From Promethearchaeota archaeon (GTDB lineage Archaea > Asgardarchaeota > Lokiarchaeia > Sigyniarchaeales > SOKP01): a stretch of 64,000 bases of DNA. Below, in pieces: positions 1 to 8,196 of this stretch. The stretch covers positions 128,001 to 192,000 of the forward strand of contig JAHPZE010000001.1 of the NCBI GenBank assembly GCA_019058365.1, given 5' to 3'. The notes under the pieces are model-generated. The model did not search any database. It was not told the origin of the DNA and worked only from the letters and a program-made list of their open reading frames with translations. Each line of letters begins with the position of its first letter. Positions within the stretch are counted from its first letter, which is position 1. Both the position numbers and the translations under genes were made by a program.

Positions 1-273
1 GAAAGGTAATATTCCAAAGTAATTAACACCCTCAGTAGTTTCTCCGTTTTGATATGTACTATCCCCCATAAGGAGAGAGATAGTTTTCATAGCAATTGAA
101 AGACCTGCACTTTCATCCATATCCTTAGGCCAGTAAATTTTAGGCGTAGGACCATTCTCATCAAAAAGACTTAATACAATTGCTTTTATTATATTAGCTT
201 TAAGATCAGACTTTTCTCCTTCAGTTGGTTTTTCTCTCTTTGATTTGGCTTCTGTTTTTGTCAAAAAATCCAC
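1..273 (-). CDS. Partial (runs off window edge) uDENN/longin-like domain protein; not in ORF track
   Basis: My translation from GTG at 273 is open for 91 codons: ...NIIKAIVLSLFDENGPTPKIYWP...SIAMKTISLLMGD...VNYFGILPF. It is clearly similar to the N-termini of 8197..9699 and 18443..19486. Confidence 0.75.
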   Translation of the reverse strand, partial: MDFLTKTEAKSKREKPTEGEKSDLKANIIKAIVLSLFDENGPTPKIYWPKDMDESAGLSIAMKTISLLMGDSTYQNGETTEGVNYFGILPF

Positions 274-424
274 GTTTCTTTATTCGGAAAATCTTATTAT
301 TTTTAAAATTAAAAATTACTTTTATTTTAAAATATTATAAAATCTTAATAATATTTCAATATAATCAAAAAAATCATTCTTATTAAATACTTTTTTTACG
401 AAAAATCTAATCTATTTAATGTGT

Positions 425-2194
425 TTAAGAATAAAACTTTATACATGATAGGTTTGAATTTTTACAGAATGTTTCAATTAATTCTCTAGGTGTGAGATTA
501 ATTTTTTTTAAATTTATTAATTCAACAGCACCATTATGAATAAATAGATGGAGATCTCCTTGAACTTTTAACATATTTAAAAAATCACCCTCAATATCAT
601 TTCTATAATGAATGGAGTTAGTATACATATTTTTTTCTGAAAACCCTTTAACTTTCAATGGAAAGTGTTTCAAATCTAGTTTAGTAAATCTATGAATTGC
701 TCTTCTAGAAGGATTTTCACTTAATATGTATTTTTTATTATCCCTATTGGATAATTCTGAACATATAATATTTATCTCATTTAGAATTTTCTTGCTAAGC
801 TTGATTGCGTCTGAATGCTCATGAAGTTCATAATTTGTTAAATATTTAATTGATTCATTCAATCCAACTACACTTATTGATAAACTTTGTTCCTCAAGCT
901 GAAACAAAGCTTCGCCGTTAATTGTGCTACTACAAATAGGTAAATGATTTGAATTCATCCTTTTTTTTATTATACTAAATTTCTTCAATAAAATACTCGA
1001 GCATAAATTTATTTTTGAAGTTAATAGTTCTAAAAATTCATCCTCATTCCTGCTAATATATGCATAACGAGGTAAGTTTAAGCTAATATTTTGAAGCATA
1101 CCATAATTAAATTGGCCAGTTTGTGATATTTTCTTAAGAAATCTATTTTTATATTCATCTAAACAGAAGTTCATAAAATAAGATGAGGTTATTGTTGCAG
1201 ATTCCTCCCAAAAACTCGGAATTATATCAACCATTTCCTCCAATAATTTATTATCCACTATCAATTGATGTGAAGGACTTAAAATAGAATTTTTACTATA
1301 TATTTCTTTTAAAATAAGGATAATGGATTTAAGTAATTTTTGAGTTCCTTCCCAATAATTTCCATAAATATTTTCAATTTTTCCTCCAGGAAGTATAGCG
1401 GGAACTTGAGCTAAAGCTTCAAAAATAGAGAATGATGAAGATATTGATAATTCAGAAACATTTCGTCCAATAATAAGCGGTAATTGATTAATATCATAGA
1501 ATAATTCTCTAAGATTTTCCATTATTGAAGCTTCTGGTAAATTATACGCATATGGTGCTAAAAAAGTAGTTATAAAATTCAAACCTTGATTACCATAAAA
1601 TTCAGTCTGTGTCATTATTAACCATTTCGATAGATGATTCAAAGCACCTCTAAGATCATTTGCTGGTTTTTGTTTAGTATTTGGTAAACCATTTTTTAAA
1701 ATAAATCGAAAATCCCAGAATTGACTAAATGGTCTTGAATCAAAGTAATTTAGTCCATTAATATGAATATCACCATATAAATGTGCTTTAGATTCTTCAC
1801 TATCTAATATTCTTAAATGCGTATATTCTTCAGCAATCTTATCAGCTGCCCAATGATGTATTTTTTCAGGATTCATCTGCTCATTTTGTCTATCACTTGG
1901 CCCTTTTTCTAGAATTTCTTCATAATCCATCAAGGGTATTCCAATTCGAGTATATAATTTACGTTCATTTTCAAAATGTTGTTCAGAAAGTATTGAACAG
2001 ACTATTTCTCTTATATGTGGGCCAGAAAGAAATTTAATTCCTGAGCTAATAATTCTTCGAACAACTAATTCAGTAATATGCTTTGCGTTTGTCTCACTCA
2101 TTTCAGTTTCTTTTAGAATACTCTCGAAAATCTTAGATGGATCAAATTCAGCAATATTTCCCTCAGTTCTAAAAACTTTTGGTAACAACTCCAT
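425..2194 (-). CDS. ATP-cone + class III (anaerobic) ribonucleotide reductase NrdD-like protein, apparently catalytically degenerate
   Basis: N-terminal ATP cone (VFRTEGNIAEFDPSKIFESI...IREIV); NrdD-like motifs AHLYGDIHI, NISLNLPR, SISVVGLNE, YTNSIH; no C-terminal Zn/glycyl-radical domain. Confidence 0.8.
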   Translation of the reverse strand: MELLPKVFRTEGNIAEFDPSKIFESILKETEMSETNAKHITELVVRRIISSGIKFLSGPHIREIVCSILSEQHFENERKLYTRIGIPLMDYEEILEKGPSDRQNEQMNPEKIHHWAADKIAEEYTHLRILDSEESKAHLYGDIHINGLNYFDSRPFSQFWDFRFILKNGLPNTKQKPANDLRGALNHLSKWLIMTQTEFYGNQGLNFITTFLAPYAYNLPEASIMENLRELFYDINQLPLIIGRNVSELSISSSFSIFEALAQVPAILPGGKIENIYGNYWEGTQKLLKSIILILKEIYSKNSILSPSHQLIVDNKLLEEMVDIIPSFWEESATITSSYFMNFCLDEYKNRFLKKISQTGQFNYGMLQNISLNLPRYAYISRNEDEFLELLTSKINLCSSILLKKFSIIKKRMNSNHLPICSSTINGEALFQLEEQSLSISVVGLNESIKYLTNYELHEHSDAIKLSKKILNEINIICSELSNRDNKKYILSENPSRRAIHRFTKLDLKHFPLKVKGFSEKNMYTNSIHYRNDIEGDFLNMLKVQGDLHLFIHNGAVELINLKKINLTPRELIETFCKNSNLSCIKFYS

Positions 2195-2438
2195 AACATA
2201 ATAAAATCTAAGAGATTATAAAAAAAAAATTATTAACTGATTAAATTCGAAAAAATTTCAAGTAACAATTAAGCATCAGTACAACAATAGTATTGTATAA
2301 GGTTATCTAATTATTGTCATCCTCTATTGTAAAGATTATTATTATACTTTAGAAATCTTAGATATCTATATCTTAGAGGATCTTCAGAATTCTCATACTC
2401 TCTCTATTTTATTTTAGATAAGTAATTTATTAAAAAGC

Positions 2439-3233
2439 ATGAATTCTTGGACTGAAGCATCATTGAGACAATTATACATGCAAATTTATCATTTCTTAAT
2501 AGAGACTGATTCAAATGTCATTGAGATTTGGTGTGAGCTTTCAGATATTCCTTTCCTACGACAATTAAATAAATCTGAGGTAAGAATTATTATTGGGAAT
2601 CTCAATTTTCTTTCTTTTAAGAAAGGTAATTATGTTCAATATATTATTATCAACAAAATTTTGTTTATTATAGAAGCGATTAATATACTCCAACTAGATA
2701 TTAGGAAAATAACTGAAATAATTAATTATGATGGCTTTGAAGCTTTAATAAAAGAAATACTTTCAAAAAACAATTATGTAACAACCAAGAATTTCAGGTT
2801 TTCAGATAAATCCTATTTTAAATCGGAAACTTCCCAAAAAAGATATGAAATTGATATAATTGGTATATTTTTCAATTATGTATTGCTTATTGATGCAAAG
2901 CAGTGGAAACATAAGGATTCATTTAGTTCTATTAATAAAGCAGCAGATTTACAATATCGTAGAGCTATTGCATTAAAAAAAAATCCTGAAATATTTTCAA
3001 TGCTTATTCAAAAATTATTAGGAAATAAATTGAATTTACGCAAGCGATTGCCATTTATATTAATTCCTATTATGGTCACCTTAGAAGAAAATAGCATAAA
3101 AATAAATAATAATCAAATTCCCCTAGTCTCAGTTTATGAATTGAATTCTTTTTTGTATGAATTACAAAATAACTTACATTATTTTAATATTATTAGTGTC
3201 AATAAAGTAAATATACAAAAAAGATTATTTTGA
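2439..3233 (+). CDS. PD-(D/E)xK restriction-endonuclease-like (Mrr-cat/NERD-like) protein
   Basis: FEALIKEIL helix followed by EIDII...LLIDAKQW catalytic-type motif. Confidence 0.65.
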   Translation: MNSWTEASLRQLYMQIYHFLIETDSNVIEIWCELSDIPFLRQLNKSEVRIIIGNLNFLSFKKGNYVQYIIINKILFIIEAINILQLDIRKITEIINYDGFEALIKEILSKNNYVTTKNFRFSDKSYFKSETSQKRYEIDIIGIFFNYVLLIDAKQWKHKDSFSSINKAADLQYRRAIALKKNPEIFSMLIQKLLGNKLNLRKRLPFILIPIMVTLEENSIKINNNQIPLVSVYELNSFLYELQNNLHYFNIISVNKVNIQKRLF

Positions 3234-3266
3234 AAACTATATTAACTTTAATTTAATAATTAAAAT

Positions 3267-4337
3267 TTATTTTATTAATCCTAAATAATCCTTTAATTGC
3301 TTTTTTACTATGCTAATTGCAAAAGCTATTATTCCACTTTTAACTTTTGGATGAGAAAACAATATTAAAAGCATATCTTTAACGCTAGGATTATTTCGAT
3401 CAATTGGAGCTAAATCCAATATACCTTCAGTTCCCCTAACTGAAATTGATTTTAATAAACCAGCATCTAATCCCTCTACTATATCAGTTCCTATCATTGA
3501 AAGATTCATACCAACTGTTGCAAAAAGAGAATCAGAAATTCTACTGGATATTGCCGATGCCAATATAGTCCCATCCGTTTTTATTATAGCTGATGCTTCT
3601 ATATTTAAATCCAATTTTAATAATTGTTTTAAAATTTCATTCATACTAGAAGGGGGTATTTTTTCCTCATGATCTTTTTTATCAAGATGTTTCTCCTTAG
3701 GAGTTCCTAATTTTTTTACTGAAATTTTTTTCGAAAGAAATCCTAATACCTCAGTCATATCTTTTTCTAATCGTTTTTGTTTTAAAACAGCTGTATCACT
3801 TTCAGTAGATTCTACAGGGATAGGAGATAATGGAACAGAGGTTTTCTTATCCTTTTTTTCCAAAACGGAATTTTTAAGCTCTAGAAAAGCATCTGAAATT
3901 GCATCTTCAGAACGAGTCGGTGGAGATGATGGAGATATAATCTCCCTGTGAGAATCTTGAATAAAACCTTTAAATGGTTGTGGAGTAATTTCTTGTAAAC
4001 CTTTTGATTCACTTTGTTCTAAGGTAGAACCATTTTCTCTTAAGGAACTACTTTCTAATTCGTTATTAGATGACGAAGGAATTTCTTGCAACTTCATTTG
4101 ATTCTCTAATATCTCAGGTTCTTTAGGAATTTCATGTAAATCTAATTTTTCTTTTTTCTTCTCAGTTTCAATTGGTGTTTTTACAGGTTTTTTTTTTTCT
4201 TTTTTCTTTCCTTTCTCAGTTTTTTGATCCGTGGGTCTAGGATGCTTTGTAGGAACGGGTAATAAAGCGCCACACATTCTACAAACGCGATTGATATTTT
4301 CATTATTGGTAGTACCACAATTCTGACATATAATCAA
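3267..4337 (-). CDS. Zinc-ribbon + disordered linker + roadblock/LC7 domain protein
   Basis: N-terminal CQNC...CRMC; P/S/E/K-rich linker; C-terminal EASAIIKTDGTILAS...GLLKSISVRGTEG...LLILFS...GII roadblock pattern. Confidence 0.8.
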   Translation of the reverse strand: MIICQNCGTTNNENINRVCRMCGALLPVPTKHPRPTDQKTEKGKKKEKKKPVKTPIETEKKKEKLDLHEIPKEPEILENQMKLQEIPSSSNNELESSSLRENGSTLEQSESKGLQEITPQPFKGFIQDSHREIISPSSPPTRSEDAISDAFLELKNSVLEKKDKKTSVPLSPIPVESTESDTAVLKQKRLEKDMTEVLGFLSKKISVKKLGTPKEKHLDKKDHEEKIPPSSMNEILKQLLKLDLNIEASAIIKTDGTILASAISSRISDSLFATVGMNLSMIGTDIVEGLDAGLLKSISVRGTEGILDLAPIDRNNPSVKDMLLILFSHPKVKSGIIAFAISIVKKQLKDYLGLIK

Positions 4338-4588
4338 TAAATTATTTCCACTTCCAGATAATTTTACCTAATTTCTTCTATCCTTGTTTTTAACTAATAA
4401 GGGTATTCTTTGGATCTATTAATGAAGTTAGATTTTTTGTTTTTAATAATATAAAATATAAATAAAAATCTAATTTTATTAATGTTAGTAATTTTAAATT
4501 TAGGGTAAAACCTTTTTTTGATGTTCAGATTTTAAATTAAGGAATTAAAAAATAACATAAAAGAATGTGATATGAAGAAATGATCTAA

Positions 4589-5569
4589 TTACCTATATAA
4601 TATTTCTTTAAGTAAATTTGCGAAAGACTCGAGATCTTCTTTATGGAAAACCGGATCTTCTTTTAGGAGTATTAAATAGTATGGATCTGAATCTTTCTTT
4701 AGTGTGATTTGCTTAAATATAAAATTTTTACCAAATCTTTGAACTATCATTCTACTTTCATATCTATCTTCTGCTACACCAGTATACTGGAAGCTATCAT
4801 TGAGTGTGAGAAAATATGGCGTTGAGGCGGTGAGTAGATGCTTGGTTTCATCATCTTTATAATATGATCCGATTATAAGAGAGTTATCATCAATTATCAC
4901 AACTCCTTCTGAGTCAACTTTTTTAGCAAATTCTAAAATAGTTTTTTCGATTAATTCTGATTTTGGATATAAGCTTAAAAGGATTTCAGACATAGCAGTA
5001 ATAATAGAGCCAAAATCATAAATAGAAGTTTCATAATAATATAATTCCTTATATTCAGTGGCTCTTAATTTATCTTTTAAATCAATTATTAAAGATTCCA
5101 TTTCATTTTGTGCACTTCTTCGTAATGCGGGATCATATTTATGAAGAAACACATATATTGGGGGTTTAATTTCTAATTTTTTAAACTGCTCTAATACATC
5201 TTTAAAATAACTTATAGCTTCAGGTATTCGAGGTTTATTTTGGATGTCAATTACATAAATAGCAATTTCAGTTCCTTCGAAATATTTACCAGGATTCTTC
5301 AAATAGGCAATTCTATAACTCAATTGGCCCCCTAGGTCCCATTCTGATATTTCTTTACCAAGAAAATCAAAAATTCTTTTCTGAGCACCTCGAGTTGGAG
5401 AAAGGATTGCAATTTTTGAAAATTCTCTTTGAAGGGCAAGAATTATTGAAGTTTTACCTGCCTCGTCTAATCCTGTAAATAATATCTTAGAAATTTCAGG
5501 TTTGGGGGGTTCTTCCTTTTTTAAGTATAAAATTGATTGTTTAAGATTCTTTTCCAAAGTGTATTTCAC
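4589..5569 (-). CDS. Rag/Arf-like small GTPase with C-terminal roadblock-like domain
   Basis: G1 GLDEAGKTS, switch I PTRG, G3 WDLGGQ, G4 HKYD, G5 ETSIYD; C-terminal GVVIIDDNSLIIGSY beta-hairpin domain. Confidence 0.85.
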   Translation of the reverse strand: MKYTLEKNLKQSILYLKKEEPPKPEISKILFTGLDEAGKTSIILALQREFSKIAILSPTRGAQKRIFDFLGKEISEWDLGGQLSYRIAYLKNPGKYFEGTEIAIYVIDIQNKPRIPEAISYFKDVLEQFKKLEIKPPIYVFLHKYDPALRRSAQNEMESLIIDLKDKLRATEYKELYYYETSIYDFGSIITAMSEILLSLYPKSELIEKTILEFAKKVDSEGVVIIDDNSLIIGSYYKDDETKHLLTASTPYFLTLNDSFQYTGVAEDRYESRMIVQRFGKNFIFKQITLKKDSDPYYLILLKEDPVFHKEDLESFANLLKEILYR

Positions 5570-5725
5570 CTTTGAACTTATAAAAGTATTATAAATATAA
5601 ATATATTCTTTTTGTAAAATATTATATTAATTCATACTATTTTAGATTTTGTATTGTTTAATGTTGTTTTAAAAATATTTTGATCTTTACAATTTCTATT
5701 ATAAATAAAAGAGCGAATAAAATGA

Positions 5726-6247
5726 TTACTTATTAAGTAATTCTTTTAACTTTTCTATTGCTTCGATAGGAGTTTTCACAGAATGTATTTTATCTAATCT
5801 TCTGTCATCTAATTTTTGATTTGCTATTTTTGAAGACCATCCTTTAACACTAGACAATGCTATAATTGGTTTTTGATAAATCCAAGCAAAACATATTTCA
5901 GATAATGTACCTGCTTTGCCACTAATAGCTAAACATGCATCTCCACAGAGAATAACTACAATATTTCTTGCCTGTGAAAATGGACATGGAATAACAATAT
6001 CGATGAATTCATTTGCCATAGATTTTTCTACATAAGGTATTATTCCAATAGTTAATCCATTTTCTTCTTTTACTCCTCTGCAAACAGCTTCCATTACACC
6101 AGAAAGCCCCCCACAGGCGACAATAAATTTGTTTTGAGCAAGTAAACGTCCTATTTCAAAAGTTATTTCCTCAGTTTTTTTATCAATATCACTAGCGCCA
6201 ATTACACTTATAATACCTTTAAATTCACTTTTAATATCAACAAACAT
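5726..6247 (-). CDS. LOG/SLOG-family nucleotide-binding protein (TIGR00725-like)
   Basis: ISVIGAS, ACGGLSGVMEAV, TIGIIP, ARN, GKAGTLSEI motifs. Confidence 0.85.
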   Translation of the reverse strand: MFVDIKSEFKGIISVIGASDIDKKTEEITFEIGRLLAQNKFIVACGGLSGVMEAVCRGVKEENGLTIGIIPYVEKSMANEFIDIVIPCPFSQARNIVVILCGDACLAISGKAGTLSEICFAWIYQKPIIALSSVKGWSSKIANQKLDDRRLDKIHSVKTPIEAIEKLKELLNK

Positions 6248-6394
6248 ATTATTTATACTCCATTTTCCTATTTTTAATAAATTTCAAATATTTTTAAAAA
6301 TTGAATTATGATTAAGCAAAAAAATAAAAATAAAATACTATTCTAGTCGATATTAATCCTATCTAATAAAACTAATTAAAAGTTGTAAATCCAA

Positions 6395-7123
6395 ATGAAT
6401 GAATTAAATAATAAAGAAGAAGCTGAGAATAATTCAGAAAACTCAGAAGAAATAGAAGAAAAAACTGAAAATACTACGAAATCAAAATTAAAAGATAAAT
6501 TAGGTGGTACCAAAGATAGCTTAGGTAAATTTGCCTCAAAACTAAAAGATAGAGTTGGAGAAAGTAAAGAAAAAGTCAAATTTAAGATGGAACAACGAAA
6601 AGAAAAGAAAGAACTTGAGAGGATAGAAAAAGAAGCTAGAGAGAAAGTAGAAAGAGAAATTAAAGAAAAAGAGGCTAAAGAAAAAGCAGAAAGAGAAGCT
6701 AAAGAGAGAGCAGCTAGAGAAAAAGCAGAAAAAGTAGCTAGAGAAAAAGCAGAAAGAGAAGCTAGAGAAAAAGCAGAAAGAGAGGCTAAAGAAAGAGCAG
6801 AAAGAGTAGTTAAAGAAAAAGAAGAAAGAGACGCTAAAGAGAGAGCAGAAAGAGAAGCTAAAGAAAAAGTAGAAAGAGAAGCTAAAGAAAAAGCAAAAAG
6901 AGAAGCTAAAGAAAGAGCAGAAAAAGAAGCTATAAAGAAAGCAGAAAGAGAAGCGAGAGAAAAAGAAGCAAAAGAAGTGGCGGAAAAATTGGCTAGATTT
7001 AAAGCAGAAAAAGAAGCTGAAAGAAAAGAGAAAAGATCAACAAAAATCATTTGTCAAACTTGTGGAGCAGTAAATGATGCAACTCGTAAATTTTGTAGCT
7101 CATGTCATTCAACGCTTATTTAA
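6395..7123 (+). CDS. Charged single-alpha-helix/coiled-coil protein with C-terminal zinc ribbon
   Basis: About 150 residues composed almost entirely of E/K/R/A, then CQTC...CSSC. Confidence 0.8.
   Translation: MNELNNKEEAENNSENSEEIEEKTENTTKSKLKDKLGGTKDSLGKFASKLKDRVGESKEKVKFKMEQRKEKKELERIEKEAREKVEREIKEKEAKEKAEREAKERAAREKAEKVAREKAEREAREKAEREAKERAERVVKEKEERDAKERAEREAKEKVEREAKEKAKREAKERAEKEAIKKAEREAREKEAKEVAEKLARFKAEKEAERKEKRSTKIICQTCGAVNDATRKFCSSCHSTLI
6600..7030 (+). repeat. Imperfect 24-nt coding tandem repeat (AEREAKEK unit)
   Basis: For example GCAGAAAGAGAAGCTAAAGAAAAA at 6845-6868 is followed directly by GTAGAAAGAGAAGCTAAAGAAAAA; many degenerate copies. Boundaries approximate. Confidence 0.85.
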
Positions 7124-7145
7124 AATTACCCAAAGATCTTTAAAA

Positions 7146-8102
7146 TCATATTACATCAATTGTTTCTTTACCATCATTTATCCTCAAAAGATTTTTTTCT
7201 TTAATAATTTTACCTATAATCTGAGCATCTAATCCACTTTCATTAAATATCTCTATTACCTTGCTACAATTATTCTCTGATGCTGTAAGAATATATGAGG
7301 TTGTTAAGTACATTTTAAGGTATGTTTCTATTTTATAATTTAGTTCAACTAATTTTGGAGGGATTATAATTTTATTAATATTGATATCCGCTCCTACCTT
7401 TGAATATTTGATCATTTGTAATAAAGTCCCAAATATCCCCCCATTCGAAACATCTTTGGAGGCATTGACTAAATGTTTTTCAGCAATGATATTCATAGCT
7501 TTTCTTTTTTTTAGGATAACCTCTGAAGAGTTAAACATCGTAGTATCATAATAGAGTTTGCTAGCTTTTCCTACTTTTCCATCAAAATCGACAGCTAAAA
7601 TTACATTATCAGTTACTTGAGCATTACCCGCTGATATATAATCTTCTTTCTTTATTTCTCCAATCATTGTAGAACTTAATTCATAACACTTGCTTTTGAT
7701 ATTTGTATGACCTCTTATGATAGGGACTTGAAATTTTTTTGAACCTTCACAAATTCCCTGTAATAATTCATTACAAATCATTGGGTCTATGACAGAAATA
7801 ACTATGCTAGCGGCTAATGGAATCCCTCCGCAAGCATAAATATCATCAACACTTACTAAAATAGAGCTAAATCCTGCTCCATATGGAAAATTCTCAATAA
7901 ATTCAGTCCTTATTCTATCCGTTGTAATTAAGATTAACTTCTGGTTATCTTTAACAGCTGCCGCATCTTCACCTATATCGGAAAATATCTTAGAACTTTT
8001 AAAAGAATTTTTATCTATATATTGTACAATGGGGTTAATTTCTTTCTTTTCTATGATATTTTGGTTATTTCTAATGCTTTCAGCGATTTTTTTAAGAAAC
8101 AT
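7146..8102 (-). CDS. AIR synthase (PurM/ThiL)-superfamily protein, sll0787/methanogenesis-marker-2-like
   Basis: GEDAAA, VSVDDIYACGGIP, RGHT, ASKDVSNGGIFGTL motifs. Confidence 0.75.
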   Translation of the reverse strand: MFLKKIAESIRNNQNIIEKKEINPIVQYIDKNSFKSSKIFSDIGEDAAAVKDNQKLILITTDRIRTEFIENFPYGAGFSSILVSVDDIYACGGIPLAASIVISVIDPMICNELLQGICEGSKKFQVPIIRGHTNIKSKCYELSSTMIGEIKKEDYISAGNAQVTDNVILAVDFDGKVGKASKLYYDTTMFNSSEVILKKRKAMNIIAEKHLVNASKDVSNGGIFGTLLQMIKYSKVGADININKIIIPPKLVELNYKIETYLKMYLTTSYILTASENNCSKVIEIFNESGLDAQIIGKIIKEKNLLRINDGKETIDVI

Positions 8103-8196
8103 TTATGATTTAAATATAAAGCTATTAATAATTAAATTTGCTTAAAATAATTTAAGAAGTTTTAAACTTAAAATAAAAAAATGATTATATAAAATA

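Noticed and set aside
2284-2296. Palindrome upstream of the nrdD-like gene as an NrdR box
   Set aside because: Spacing differs from the NrdR consensus, only one copy is present, and short AT-rich palindromes are expected by chance here.
6600-7030. Tandem repeats as a possible CRISPR array
   Set aside because: No unique spacers; the 24-nt units are in-frame coding repeats; no cas genes in the window.
6376-7050. 224-aa minus-strand ORF rich in S/L/A/F that looks like a membrane protein
   Set aside because: It is the antisense shadow of the purine-rich AEREAKEK repeat gene; the plus-strand ORF has a real Zn ribbon.
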